This document shows positions 1 to 14,300 of a stretch of 64,000 nucleotides of DNA, piece after piece. Source of the DNA: Paraphysomonas bandaiensis (Eukaryota; Protista; Chrysophyceae); contig CBFFRP010000238.1 in NCBI GenBank assembly GCA_965644295.1, forward strand, positions 186,001-250,000. The letters are read 5' to 3'. The notes beneath the pieces are model-generated. The model saw nothing but the letters and a program-made list of their open reading frames with translations. It was not told where the DNA came from and made no database searches. Numbering within the stretch: position 1 is the stretch's first letter; each line of letters opens with the position of its first letter. Both the position numbers and the translations under genes were made by a program.

Positions 1-3000
1 CAAAACATCGATTATGATATGGTCCGATCGTTGACAGGTAGTTCGACACACCAGACTAGAGGATTCTACGTCACCAGATCCAGACACCTAACGTATTCAT
101 AACCATACCATTACACTATTAAACAAATACTATGGAATAGCCATCACGTGGTAGATACGAAGCAGAGACTCACAATGCTATCAATGCAGAATCGTTGAGA
201 CGTTCTTATAGGAGAAAGAAATACGCCACACTGAGGCAGCACAGACAGAAGTCCCATAGCTGGAATAACCTCAACCGCTCCAGTGGTGCCACTGCGATTC
301 CACTTCATATTGGCGGTATAGCAACCGACAGGCAAACACGTACTTCATGTCGAGTAGAAACCATTAGGATAGTCAGACATAGTACAACTATTTGTAACCA
401 ATACTTACGTCTCAAAGTTATACACATTGCTATCATCCAGAGAAGCAGTGAATAAACTGCGTTGAGCGCTATTTCCAGTGTGGACCGATAAAGAATCATT
501 AGTGTTGAAAATAGTAACTTCCTTGGCCTGGTGTATTTGTCAAGTAACTGGTGGATACACGTAATGAAAATAATACCTCCGATGAAGTTACTTGGCTCCA
601 GAAGTCAAATATTGCCACATCGACGACAGTTCGACTCTCTTCAGGATTGATACCTGGATTTAATCCTGACCCCACATGACACCGATCGAGAACTTCATCG
701 GGAGTAACACCCGGTTGCGTAGGTTCCTGTATAGTATTGCCACCTGAAAGTACTGTCACACACTACAACGAAATCAGAACGCTATACCTGCAGCCGTGAT
801 TACCAAAGAAAAGGACTGGTGAGAGTGTTCTGGAAAGAGCTTCGCCTGTACGATAACGGTCCACTCTCCCTCATCTGGCTTGCTAACAACAATCTATACG
901 AGTACAATTTGACACACGATTAATAACCATTCATCACCATAGCAAATTGGCAATCTACCTGTTCATTGTTATTTAATACGTCTCTCTGTTCTCCAATCAT
1001 CGGGCTACCGCTGAAATAACATTATAAAAACACAATAAGCTTATTATAAATGGGCGTACAAGTTTTGCGTGTTTCCGTAACGAAAGCGGCCCTACGTACA
1101 TAGCAAACTCAAATAGATTTTGTATATTCAAAGCACATACCGAGGGATCAACGACGGCTAGATCAATATCGTTCAGAAGAACCTATATACACTGTCTTAA
1201 TTACACGTCAATACAAACTTTTTATCAGTCACGGTGAAGAATAAATCTATCGTTGCTACACTCCGCCCAGGTGATGTACCTTGGCCGCAAACTCAGTGTT
1301 AGGAGGGTCAAACCATGAAAGTGTGATTTTCAAGGGCAATGTACTGTTTACTACTTGTAATCGGTAGGAATATTGGTGGGCTTCGGATACTACTCTCTCA
1401 TCCACGTACAGCACGAAGTCTGAGTTACGTAGTGGGAGGACTTGATCTAGTTTCACTCTTCCGTAACCCTATCAGTATATCAGTCATGCCACTTAATCTG
1501 AAGCAACAAACCTGATAAAAATCTGGAGTAGCAGATGTCGACAATGATTTTAAAGCTTCTGTTCTATCAATATGACCAGATGAGGCTGCACTAGACTCTG
1601 TGGTGATAGGTGTGCCCGAGTGAAGGAGGAGAGCCTTAGTCATAGCTCCACTTGGTTTGAAAGCACCTACATAGACAGGTATGTGAACACGAAAATGCCC
1701 CAAGAAAACAAGCGCTCACACACCTTGTCCACAAAAAGAGTATAATGAATCACATAAAGTCATCCAAAATGCAGGATCAGAAAAGTACTGATGAATCAGG
1801 GCAGCGGAGCCTGCACACAAACAACAGCAACAAAACACACCACGATATTACGCAACTCTACGGCTACAAGGAAAGCGTAATCACCTCCAGCAACTGGTGC
1901 AGACATGCTGGTTCCGGACTTTGAAGTTTTGGAGCAGGATTGACTATCATTATCTTCATCATTTGACCTTGCTGAGTTTGTAGTCCAACCCGGTGCAACA
2001 AGATCTGGCTTTATCCTATTCGAAATAAACGTTATCACCCTTCTCCCATAGCCACACCATTAAACAGGGTAGATAGTAAATCACATCATGGAATACATTT
2101 TATTCACACCTTCCATCAGGAGCAGGGCCAATAGAACTAAAGGGTGCCATAGAATTTATTCCCTGTGCAGAACTATGCCCAGTTCCAGTTGCGCCAATAG
2201 ACATCGCATTCTTCGATAATGATGGCGATAGGACAGTGTGTTGACCACTGGCGCCGTGATTCCCCGCAGAAAATATTGCTAAGAAGTTCGGGTTTTCGTA
2301 CAGATACTTGTCAACTTCGTGGCAGTATGAATCATACCAAAATCCACCCCCCCACGAATTAGAGTGAATCCGTGCCCCTGCACTATAAGATGCAGGAAAT
2401 ATCTCAGAAATGTCGTCAGGAGTTACAAGATATCCTCCGTGATTCTTCGATACGCCTATGTCAAAAAAAGCCAATTTTGCACCAGAAGCAATACCATTAT
2501 AAGCACTCATGTCGGACATTGGGTCACTGCATTCTCCTACAAGAATACCAGCAGTGTGTGTGCCATGACCGTTCGCCCCATCCCCAGCACTGGAATAGTT
2601 AACATATTGAACAATCTTACGATGGGTATAGTCGACCAGAGGACGGTTAATCGACGAGCGTTGAAGCAATCCTTTGGCTTCATCGATAAAATAACAACTC
2701 AACTCATCAACCCCAGTGTCGGCCTGGCCAATGATAACCCCTTTTCCAGTTAAACCGGCCTCTGTGTATGGCTCCAACTCATGTTGGCCAGATTGTATTA
2801 CTCCACGCGAGTAATCATTTTGTGTTTGCATTGGAAATGTGAATGCAATTTTCGTAACTGCAGGCGAATAAATCATTACAGCAACCAAGCGAGACAAGCA
2901 CACCGGAGAATGCAACATTGCAGGGGGGATATGCACCAAGACATCATGCTTTCGATAAGTGAAAGACAAGTCCGATTCCTGGCAAACAATATGTCCAGAA

Positions 3001-3855
3001 TATACATCTATCCATTCAGCTGCCAATCGAGACCACTGAGAACCATCCATTCGTGGAGATTTCAAAACCGATTTTAGATTATTTACAGAGGCAGGGTATT
3101 CTTTCGGCAGCACAACACGTCGTCGCACTGGTGAAATATCTGTCGACTTGTAGCATAGTCTACACACTATAGACTTACTAGAAAAGCCCGTAGACCACAG
3201 TCTGGTAAGAAACTCTACTGTAACGTTATATGGAAATAATTCACGACGAATTATTGCAGATATTACTCCCTCTCCACCACTTCTTATATACTGCACAATG
3301 GGATGAGGGTTATATCGAGTGGATTGTTTTCGGTGTCGTGAGAGCCAGTCTAGCATGTGAATCACAGAGCTGTCTAATTTAAAAGCTGATGGCATAGGAA
3401 AAATAATATGAAATGGGGAGTTATCAGACTCTACAATTGAGTGCAGAGTGGAATTAGCGTGGAAGGAAAAACAGCTCACGTCGTCCGTCAAAGACAAGTA
3501 CGATGTGTAGGACTGTATACTTCGGGATGCAAAATATTGAGACGCTAGTTTCATCTTCCAATAAGAAGAACATGCTGTGTAATGGTTCAATTCTTCTGGG
3601 CGCAGGTTTCTTGTGTGCTGCTCGAAGTCCAAGGCCAGTTGCAAATCAGAAGATGTTGGAAAATGTGACAGGGTTGCGTCGACTCCAACTGCACGGATGA
3701 TATCTAATAAAGGCATTTTTCCTATTGATAGCACATAAATTACTAATGAGAGTGTATTTCAGTCGCTTGATACCGTGAATCTGATTGATATTCTCGCTGG
3801 TCCTCACAACTGGGACAAGTTTCAAGAGTAGAAGAGTTATGACCACCACTGCCAT
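1..3855 (-). CDS. Secreted or membrane-associated subtilisin-like serine protease (S8, KP-43/TagC-like), multi-exon, 3' end runs off the window
   Basis: Hydrophobic signal-like start MAVVVITLLLLKLV (3855). Catalytic motifs are in order: QADTG (Asp), HGTHTAG (His), SAGN (oxyanion Asn), GTSMSAP (Ser, ORF 1796-2038). Also HSNSWGG, FSSIGPAPDGR-IKPDLVAPG and the C-terminal LKITLSWFDPP typical of KP-43-type enzymes. Confidence 0.9.
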
Positions 3856-4547
3856 GTTCGCTCCAGGTAGCTAAATAGAGAAAACTTCTAATTGATATTC
3901 AGGTCACCTAAGCGAATAGATAAACAGTTGTGTGAATTAAAGGGATGTAGTGTCTGTGAAGTGCAAGTGATCCATTAAGAGGCGGTCTTCCAGGCAGGAC
4001 AGCTCGGCTGCCTAAACGAAAGCTGCTACAGGAGTATTCTTTACAGTATTTACAGTGTGTATTCCGGTATTGTGTTGACTACGTTCGTAGTATTTATATA
4101 GAGTACTTTACGGTATACTGGTATACCATGCTATACGGTATACTCCATACAGGCACAGAAGTGCAGCGTGTGTAAGGATATATCGGGGGGTCGGATATCC
4201 AGCCCACTGCAACTGTTACGAATATCCATCTGGGTCTTAACCCAGACCAGATACCTGGCTGAGAAACTCTATTCGCTCCAGGATGATGCTTTAGCAAGCA
4301 ACTGACTCTACTTCCTTCGCCCTTCCAGCTGTCAACATCTAGAATCAATAAAATATACTCATATAGAAAGTATTTTCCTTTTTGTGCCTCAGTTCCTCTT
4401 CTTCCCAATTGACGTATGTATGATTAGGATTGAATACACACTTTGACGTCATCATTGTAGTACGAAATTTTTCCGACTTTCGGCGACCGTATTTCACACA
4501 CATACACTGCGGCATTAGCACATAATTATTCCACCGTATAGCAACTT

Positions 4548-4833
4548 AAAGGGAGTATTTGTATGGCACTACCAATGTTAGTGAGAGGTTGTTTATCAGA
4601 GATAATATTGTTATGGCTGATTTTCGCAGGCGAATGACACCTAGACACTTTGAAATGGTGATGTTTCTGCGTGCAAATCGGCATTTCTCTGAAATTATAG
4701 TTCAGAAAGTAACTCTAAATCTAGCATTAGATTAGAAGCCAATTAATTGCAATGCCAATAATTGGATGCTTGATTAATAATTGCAATTATTTTTGTTGAA
4801 CACTTGTCACCAATTAATTGTAACGCAAGCCTG
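4548..4833 (+). mobile_element. hAT transposon 3' remnant with terminal inverted repeat
   Basis: Translates to GTTNVSERLFIRDNIVMADFRRRMTPRHFEMVMFLRANRH, a hAT dimerisation-domain pattern. Ends CAATTAATTGTAACGCAAGCCTG, matching the family TIR seen at 19873, 46142, 48939, 55510 and 62351. Confidence 0.75.
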
Positions 4834-4874
4834 CAGTACATTGTACATTACCATGTTTGAGTGATAGTTTTTAA

Positions 4875-5010
4875 TTTTGACTAGGTGAATACGAGAATAT
4901 CATAAAGCACAAAGTATAAACAATTATTATTTAGCGACTCTGTTTTTTATCCACTTGACTAGTTGCTTACACCAATTCTGCTAGCGTGTCTAGGAAATTC
5001 AACCTATTGG
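4875..5010 (+). mobile_element. Degenerate right end of the MULE-like family seen intact at 59943-62139
   Basis: TTTTGACTAGGTGAATAC...ACTTGACTAG...TACACCAATT...CTAGGAAATTCAACC aligns by eye with 61974-62112. Confidence 0.6.
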
Positions 5011-5554
5011 ACCATCGAATAATAGGTTTCGTACCTGTTGTACTTTGCTATCTCGCAAGTATATAAGTACGAAATATTTGTTACCTTAGAGTGCAGTTTG
5101 GGATACACCGTTATCGCTGTTATGAAACAATGAATTTCCCTATTAATCGGAGGCATAAATTTGAGTCATTTGTCGGGTGAAGTAAAAGAAATCAACAAAA
5201 TACGCAATCCATTAGAATGCAACCCCTGGATGTCTGCTCTTAGAACATATTTTCTACTATTCTGAAAATTAATGACTTTGATATGGTATCAAGCACTAAA
5301 GTGAAAGAAATTACCATAACGGAGAATTAAAGACGAGGAGTGGGCTTCTATAGAAATTGGGAATATATCAGCAACATTTCATTACAAACAAAAAGGTCCA
5401 GTGTCAGTTTCATTCGTAGAAGGCATAGCGAATTTCGCATTCATTGGCATAGCGGCAAACAAAGTATATAGAACGGTAATATATCTAGAAAAGTAATTCT
5501 GTACATAACATAATACAAGTGCGTGCCCTTTACTAACTAGGAAACCCGGTTATA

Positions 5555-6455
5555 TTATGTAGGTCCTTCACTTTCAGGTAGCACAGTTCCGCCATACTTG
5601 GACAAACCTGTTTTCTTTTTCGCATCACAAAGTGTGTCTTCTAATATATTTATCTGTCAAACAGCCATGCATAGAAGTCAGCTAAACAAATAATAATAGT
5701 ATTTACACATACCATATCCGTATGATCAAACTCTGATAGCATAGTGACGAATTCGTCATACAATTCCAGTTGTTTTTCTGTTAGGTAATACAGTCCGTTC
5801 GCAATTAAGTCATTTTCAGAAATTCCTTCAATATCCACCCGTCGGCATTCATGAACTTCAGGGCTTGACGAATGCTTGCGTTGCGACCGAGTTTTTGATC
5901 TACTACTCTTTGGTCGTGCGCTATGTGGGCGTTTCATTGAAATTCCATCGGCAGTGCCATCATCTGCAGGCACACGGCGTTGAGACAAAAACGCTTCGGC
6001 TTCCGCCTTCGCTCTCTGTTTTCGTTGGGTAGCCGGCATATTTTCTGTAATAACCACCCGACTTTCCCACTCTTTTTCTCGTCGACGTAGCTCCTCATCT
6101 CGGCGACGAGATGATACCAACCCTACATGCAGATTAGAAAGAATGAAACATAGGACCGATCAATGTCTCCAATTTACCATCAATGCCATAGAGCTCTGTC
6201 AATGCACTTGTTCTTTGGCCAGAGGAGATAGGCCGCTTATGATCAACAGTTGTTTTATGATTCGTGTACGTGTGCATCAATCGGGCAATGTGGTGCTTAT
6301 CTACGAAACTGAAAATAAGTTCGCTGTAATATAGAAGGCAATTGAAACCAACATGTGTTGTCCGAAATCTTCGGATTTACTCGAAAGTCGACAACATTAG
6401 ACCAATGATTAGCCAATTGGTTATGTTTACTTCGTAGGGTAGCTTCTTGGTTCAT
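5555..6455 (-). CDS. Unknown basic/charged protein, multi-exon
   Basis: ATG at 6455 (MNQEATLRSKHNQLANHWSNVVDF), internal exon in ORF 5650-6120, last exon INILEDTLCDAKKKTGLSK...GPT* with stop at 5555-5557. GT-AG introns link these pieces. Confidence 0.6.
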
Positions 6456-7076
6456 AATTAGTTAATTAGGAATGAGTGTATATGGGATTCTGAGGCTCTC
6501 AATATTAACGAAACGAAATATCACTTGAAAGAATAAAGCCAGGCATACATCCACAACTATTGTTCCAAACTTCTATCAGCTTAGATAGTGCGTGAAAGGC
6601 TTCCAGACAACAAGTACTCCTGTATGTATGAAATACAGCGAGCACTGTGCAGAGGATAGAACTGTTGTCGTTACAAAGTACTCGCGATATATCGCGGTTT
6701 TATGCTGTTGTGTTGATACGTAGTCTGTATGTATTATACCGTATATAAGGATATAATCGTCATATCAAAAAAAAGAAGAAGAAATTCCCACCAGCAGGAG
6801 TATACGGAATACCGATATACGGGGGTATACATATGCACTATACCTATATGTATAGGATCACTGCTGCTGTAGGAGGCAGTACACTCGGAGCGTAGTGTTC
6901 CTTCCTCTGTGCCTCCATATTAGGCTGAGGTTGCAATAGTGCAATCTTTTAATCCTTGCATCCCAATAGGTTCGCTTCGTGTGTTGAATATGGTAGAGAC
7001 ACTGTGAGATGTAGAAGAGTTGATGTGGCGAATACTTCTCTCACTTATTGCTGCATATGCATACGGTTGAAATAAT

Positions 7077-10000
7077 ATGAAGGAATCGAGGTTCTGTTTT
7101 AACTCCAAGGCATTTGCCTATATCCATCCTCCTCCTGATGAATCGAATCAGTATGAGGTCATAACAACGGATGATTGTGATGGAGAGAGGTTCATTGAGA
7201 GAAGAAATCGTCAGCCAGATGGAAGCACGAGGATTCGAAAGTATCCTGTCGATGCTTGTAGTGTTCATGCTTTTGAGTCACCAAATAATGATGAGTACTT
7301 TTCTTTGTTTGACGATGCATTTGTGAAGATAAGTGCACTGTCTATTGATGTTGGACTAAACCTTTCGGTTTGGGTGTTAGGAAGACACAACTTCGGTAAT
7401 AGAGAGTACTTCGTGAATTCGAAGTGTTGTGGTGATGATCATTATATGTCATTTTTAGGCAGATCTGTGAATCATATATACAATAGCTTGAATGAACTAT
7501 TAACGTCAGTTAAAGATCATTTACGATTAAGTTATGAAGTGAAATTAAGATGTTTTGAAGTCTTTGCGGATCAAGTACGTGACTTGATGACTGTGGATTT
7601 GAGAGAAGGTGATGATAAGAAAATTGACCCTCCGAAAATACGAGAGCACCCTGCGAAAGGATGCTATGTTCAAGGACTTGTAGAGGTAGTTTGTGGATCT
7701 TCTCAAGAAGCAATGACGGTACTAGGTCAGGCCTACTCGCGGCGTCTAGCTCTCTCGGTGTATGCATCAGAAGATGGCTGTAACTCTACTGCTCCCCGAA
7801 CATTAGGATATGTCGGGAATGTATTCGTGCAACTGGATATTGAGCAGATTTTAAGTCCTATTTCTGCTGGTGAAGGTAGCGATGTCGAGCGGGAAGTAAT
7901 TCGTCGATACTCTGCAGTGCAATATAACGTACTTGCAGATGCGGAGGCTCTGTCATTTAAACCCAGCAAGTTGGAAACGATTGACATTTCCCCTGCTATG
8001 AATGCTACAGTACCTGGAAGAGATAAGAAGATCACATTTCTTCGGCAGTCCATATCCAGCGTTTCAGCTGATGGTGGTCAAGGGGGTATGGTGAGCCTTC
8101 TTGCTACTGCTGCTAGGTCATTGACCACTCTTTCGCGCGTTGTGGATGTGCTCTACAGAAATCGAACTGGGGAGTCATCTATGAGTGATGCTGATCCTGA
8201 TCCGATTTCAACACTCCCTGTTAAAATATCTTCGGGAGCTCATATTCCATATAGGGACAGTTCGCTGACGCGCATTCTGCAACCCTCCTTGGAAGGAGCA
8301 CGTGGCAATTTTTTGTGCTTAGGAATGGATATGCGATCTTCAAGTTCGGTTGCTATATCCAGCGCCCTAAGGCTGATGGCTGAACTTAGAGGTGGTGTCA
8401 TTAGCACACTGTCGTCTAATGATAAACGCGTCGTATTATCTGAAGCCGAGTGCACCACTTTGGTTTGTAATCTCTCATCTAAATACCAGTGTATGGATCA
8501 TATCTCAAGTGGAGGTGGCTCTGGTGTCAGTAAGAAAGCCTTATCGAGACAGGGCAGTCTAGCCACTGCAGTGCTGGGTGCGTACGTAAGCTCTTCTGTA
8601 GATAAGTCGATGTCTAATCTGGACTCTGGGCGCGAGCTTCGTACTTGCGATAGTGATACATCGTCCACTATGTCAGGCATTTTCGACCCTAGTGATAGCC
8701 CCAGCCAGGTCAACCGTAAGTCACTTGTGTACTCAGCGTTTGATGTGGGTACCACCTCCATGAGGCAAGTAGCATCAGAGCAGGCTCGAAGCACTGCTAC
8801 AATCTTACCAGCTGATGCACACAAAACGCGCCCATCTGACTTTTGGTCTCTACTCAAGTCCTATGAGTCTGATATAATTCACTCGTTGGACCTAGAGTCT
8901 CTCGAGAAATTACAAATAGAGAGAGAACGGATTCTGAGTTCCTTAGACGTGAAGCCACTTCTCGATACTCACAGTCTTAAAGATTCAGTAAACTGTGTAA
9001 AAGGCACTGGCACCGAAGCGGCGCAGGGTTTTGTCGTGGGCGTATGTGGCCCAACTCCTCCCTCTCCACCAGTCTCTTCGCGGACCATGGTACCTACTGG
9101 AGAACGCTATATTGACCTCTTGCAGAGCGAAGTCCCTACGGGAAAGGGCTGTGCACTTCCTAAGATCGATTCAGTGTCGTCACCTGGGAAATCTCAACAG
9201 TACACAAGTGGGACATTATATTCCCGGGACAACTGGTCGCGAACACCCTCAATTGGAGAGGGGTCAGAAAACATGGAGAGTTTAGACGAGTCAAAATCTG
9301 CAGCTGTAGAGCACACATACAATCGTTCGGTTGGTGTATTAAATACTGGAGGAAGTAGAGTGTGCGTAGATTGTCATGTTGGTACGGCAGAAGCGCTTGC
9401 AGTATCCTCTCAGCCGGATGATGAATCCAAAGAATTAGGGGAAAGGTATCACAATGTAACCACACCACATTCATTGACCCCTGAGAAGCCACGATCACAG
9501 ATGCGATTACCTCATATTGATAAGATCGCATCGAGCATTAACGCGGCCTCGCTTTCTTACCGCTTTCCTGTGCAAGCCGCCAGCCCAAGTAGCAGCGTGA
9601 TGATCAGTTCCACCCACTCACCACAACTAAAATCCTCTCCGCTATCTAGTGATCTGTCACAGTCTATAGCAGGTGCAGATTGTTCGGGTATAAATAGCAG
9701 TCTGGCCGATGCTGCATATAACGAACCTAGCTTGTCAAAATTTTCGTCCAAGCTCCGACATTCTGCAGAGATTCCATCCGTTACCCGCGTGACCACTTCC
9801 CAACATCGCCAAAGGGCCAGTGAGAGCGACGCAATTACTCCAAGTCGATCGACCGGTCGAAATGCTGTCACTGTTCAGAGCTTGTTACTTGATCCCATCG
9901 ATATATCACCACATAAAATGAAAAATCGAGAATCACAGCTCATGAACTACACGAACCATCGAGTAAGGTCTTCCCATGGCGGTCATGGAGGCGGTAGAGT

Positions 10001-10740
10001 GAGGGCTATAGGTAGTAGAAGCTCATCACCTCAAGGTTCTCCACCCGCTCCTTCCCGTGAAGGTAGCCTCAGTTCAAGCCCGACGGGCCGCAAAAATATA
10101 GCAATAAAGATACCTCTCCCAAGTAGTACTAGCACAGTAGAGGAGAGCGAAGATGTGTCAGGGGATAACCTATCAGAACTTGAGCTCAGGTTTCTACGCG
10201 CTGCAAGTCACTCGAGCGTATTTCAGGTCCAGCGCTGTATTGCTGAGGGCGTGAATGTCAACGTAAAGAATGCATTTGGAAGGTAATAGCGATTGTGAGT
10301 GTGCATTTGTTACTCTATGTTTTAGGGATGCGATGCAAATAGCTGCCCGTAACGGTGCGTTGGACTTGATGAAGCTATTGTTTGACAATGGCGGATCAGT
10401 TAGCACTCGTGGGAAGAAGGGTGATACATTATTCCATTTGGCGGCGTCCAACGGACACATCTCCGTCATGGAATGGATGAGCTCTGTGGGAGTACTTTCC
10501 ACAGGTGTCGACTTGAGAGGTCAAACGTGTGTGCACGTAGCTGCTCGCAGGGGAGAGGTTGATGTGCTGCGGTATTTGCATGAAACCCTACACATGGATC
10601 TAAACCAGGAAGATTTTGATGGGAAAACCCCACTGCAGTATGTACCAAAGCAGGCGCTGCAAGGAAACAGTGAAGAAGTAGAAGAAACACGCCTGTACTT
10701 AATATCAGTGTTAGAAATTAATGAGAATTCGAGTTGTTGA
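7077..10740 (+). CDS. Kinesin-motor-like domain (catalytically degenerate) + long Ser-rich linker + C-terminal ankyrin repeats
   Basis: FEVFADQVRDLM, IREHPAKGCYVQGL, SLTTLSRVV and HIPYRDSSLTRILQPSLEG are kinesin signatures. One intron (about 10283-10325) joins to ankyrin repeats (GDTLFHLAASNGH, GQTCVHVAARRG, GKTPL). Confidence 0.8.
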
Positions 10741-11368
10741 ATATTTGTTTCTTATCATTGAAATGTCATATGTATATACAGTGTACCTGTGCTGGTGCTA
10801 TAGTGCGATTATCTATATGTATTGTATGTTTTGGTTATGTTGTCATGATGTAGTAATGATTCCGTGTGTTGGTTATTTTAGTTTTCCTGATCCTTGGCCA
10901 ACGATAGATGGAGCTTCAGGAAGATAGTTCTGAATACCATAAGTGGTGAAGACAGAGAAGTTGATAATAAAGATTCTTACCGGTTATAATATTTTCATTT
11001 GCGAGTAAAGTGGGCGATTGAAAACAATAATACAGCAACAACAAACCTTAGAATCAGGAACGTATTGTGTTAGGATGAGCTGAATTTTGCTAAGAGTTGA
11101 ACAATTAGGTGCTGTAGTTAAAGTTATTTTCGTTTAAAACGCTAGTGAAGAATACTGCAAGTGAATTCCGTATTGCATGGGTTTAATAAAGTGCTATGAA
11201 AAATATTATACAACTTGGCGCTTCTTATGTTGCACAGTACTACCCCTTGTTCAACATTTATTCATGAATTTAATAATATTTTATGTCACGACGTATTCAA
11301 AGTGGAGACTAAGCAATATTTAAATGCTACCGATTCAAAGTTAAGTTCAATATACCATGCTCACAAGT

Positions 11369-14300
11369 TTATAAGCCTATTCGACGGGGCTTTCTTCCAA
11401 CAGATGACTTCACGTACAGCCCTGGCTTCGACACTGGGCGGCTTGAAGTTCGGCTAGCCTCTTTATGCAGGTCTTGTTGGCTCCGATAATCAGACTCTCG
11501 TTTCATTTGCTGTTCCATTTCCATCTGCTGTTGCTGTTCTTTTCTGCGCTGCTCCAAACGCGTTTTGTATGACTCCTTCACTGTAAAAAACATTGGGCCC
11601 ATTTCGGCTAACCATTCACCTTCCACAGCAGTTACGCATGACATGTATTCCTTTGTGGTCATAATTAGCTCGTGGTAAACGACATAGTCTGGGGTGTAAC
11701 CAAGTCCATATAACGCAGAGGATGGATGAAGATTGGCAGGGATCCCAGTGAGCATCTACAACAAATGAGTGAAAGGAAACTATTTCAAAAGCAACTTACA
11801 TTAACATACTCTCCGATGCCCTTAATCCTAGCACTATTATAAAAATACGAAGAGCATATCGCTTTGCGTACTAAATCCCATGATCCTCCACTTGATACAT
11901 GTTCGATACGCTGCGTCTTCATTATATCCAAGAGTTGCGAATGGACTTCCCGTGCCTTCTTCATAGCTTTCGGGTGAATGAAATGTTCATTACACCAAGA
12001 AGAGGAATACTTTTGCTGCTTCCACTGTAAGTAGACATTTAAGTAGGTTAAATGATCACTCTCTGGGACAAAAAATTTTTCTCTCGCAGAATCAGATTCC
12101 TCTTCACGATCTTTAGGCCGAAAGAAAATTCCCGGTATTGACAACATTGATACGATTATTAGAATATCTTGTGAACAGCCCAATTGTTCAGAGACAATAA
12201 GCATTTTGGCAAGAGCTGGGTCGAGAGGAAACTCAACCATTTTCCTACCAAGCTGTGTCAGTGATCCTGTATTATCAAGGGCGCCCAATATCCATAAGCA
12301 GTACATGGAATTCAATATATTTAGTTGCGGAGGAGGATCCATAAAATCAAATTCTAGCAAATTCTCAACTCCCAAACTTTTCAGCAAAAGAACAACATTG
12401 CCAAGATTGGTCCGCTGTATCTCTGGAATTTGATTTGGTAACAACTCACTCACATACTGTCGTTCCGTGAAAAGTCGATAACAGTACCCAGGTCCAGTGC
12501 GCCCTGCTCTTCCAGCCCTTTGATTCGCGTTGGCTTGTGAAACGGGGGTAATCTGCAATGCATCCATTCCAATCTTTGGATTATACACTTTCAACTTGCA
12601 AAATCCCGAATCGATAACGTATCGTATCCCGTCAACCGTCAGTGATGTTTCCGCAATATTCGTAGAGACAATACACTTCCGTGTACCGTCCTGCCCCGTC
12701 TCAAATATCTTGGCTTGCAAATCAGCAGGGAGCTGAGAATACATGGGGAGTAATAACAAGGAAGGACACCCATCCAAGGAAGCAATTCTTTCGGCCAACA
12801 CTTGACAAGTGGCTTCGATGTCTTCTTGACCGGTCATAAATATAAGAATATCGCCAGCAGGATGTGATAAATGAATCGTTAACGCTTGTTTCACAGCAGC
12901 ATCGACATAATCTTCACAAGAAACTTTGGAGTAGTATTTCTCAACATGAAATGTCCTCCCAGGAATTCTAAATATTGGAACTCCACCAAAAAAATCTGAA
13001 AACTTGTCCGCATTCAATGTTGCTGATGTTACTATGAGCTTTAAATCCCTGCGCCTAGCAACAACCTTCTTCAGTATCCCGAAAAGAACATCTGTATGCA
13101 AAGAGCGCTCGTGAGCCTCGTCCATTATTATCGCACTGTAACGATCCAAGTCCGATTCCCGTAACGATTCACGAAGCAGTACGCCATCCGTCATATATTT
13201 TATTACTGTTTTATCGCATGTCAAATCTTCAAAACGGATCGCATAGCCAACTTCCTCCCCCAACTCCACTCCGAGTTCTTCTGACACACGTTTAGCGACC
13301 GACATCGCAGCTACACGTCTAGGTTGTGTGCAGCCAATGATCCCGCTAGCGGACCAACCTTCTTCATGTAAATATTGTGTCAACTGCGTCGTTTTTCCTA
13401 CATTCATCAATCAAAAAGCAAATTGGCATGAACTATTTTCATTACCACTTCCAGTTTCGCCAACAATGACTGTAATCTGGTTTTCCCTCACAAGATTGAG
13501 TAGCTCACGCCGCACAGAATAAATAGGTAAAAATGCACGCTGCTCGGCCATCGTTTTAGTTTTAGAAAACTCACTTGCTGCTGCTGGCTTTTGGGGCTTA
13601 ACATGCTGCGCGAACGAACTGCTTTGTTTGTAATTCACACTGTCGTCATTATCTTCAGTGACAGAACTATTAGTTGCTTCATCTGGGCGCGAGATGCCCA
13701 TGGCATCACCAATTCGAGAACCACCGAGCTCCCAAAATCGCTTTCTCATTTTGTTTTGTTCCTTCCGCTCACGGATATCACGCAAGAGTACACTACCTTT
13801 ACGTGCATTCGCAGCCATATCAGATGTCGGATCTCGGACAACAGAGACGACGCTTTGTTGCATGGAATAGCTCACACGGCCATCCAGAAATGGGGGCTTG
13901 AGGTTGTGCACAATAAGTGTAACGCGGGTATCTTCTTCGTTATCAAACTCTGTTTGTATCTAGTATATGCTTAGCAAAAGCGTGTATAAAAATAAGTAAT
14001 CAGACCTGGCGTTCGGCTGCAACCCCACTTTGCAATAGTCTGTTGTCCTCCCATGCCTCTTGGTCAGCATGAAGCTGGCTTTTTCGAGCCGATATACCTG
14101 AAGCAAAGTACTTATAAAAGGTTGTTGTAGATTAGTACCAGGAACACCTGCAATTTTAGTGTCCCCACGAGACCTGCTTTTTGCCATCGTCATCTCACGT
14201 TCCTGGAACTTTTTGGAATCTCCCATGAACACAGATGCAGATCTTTCAACGCCTGCAGTTTGACCTTCCTCTGATAGATAGAAGTCTCTTTCGAAATCAT

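Noticed and set aside
4020-4250. TATAC-rich patches also at 6710-6900, 15480-15570 and 63581-63650 as a shared promoter motif or MITE
   Set aside because: The similarity is short and low-complexity, and I could not define ends or a consensus by eye.
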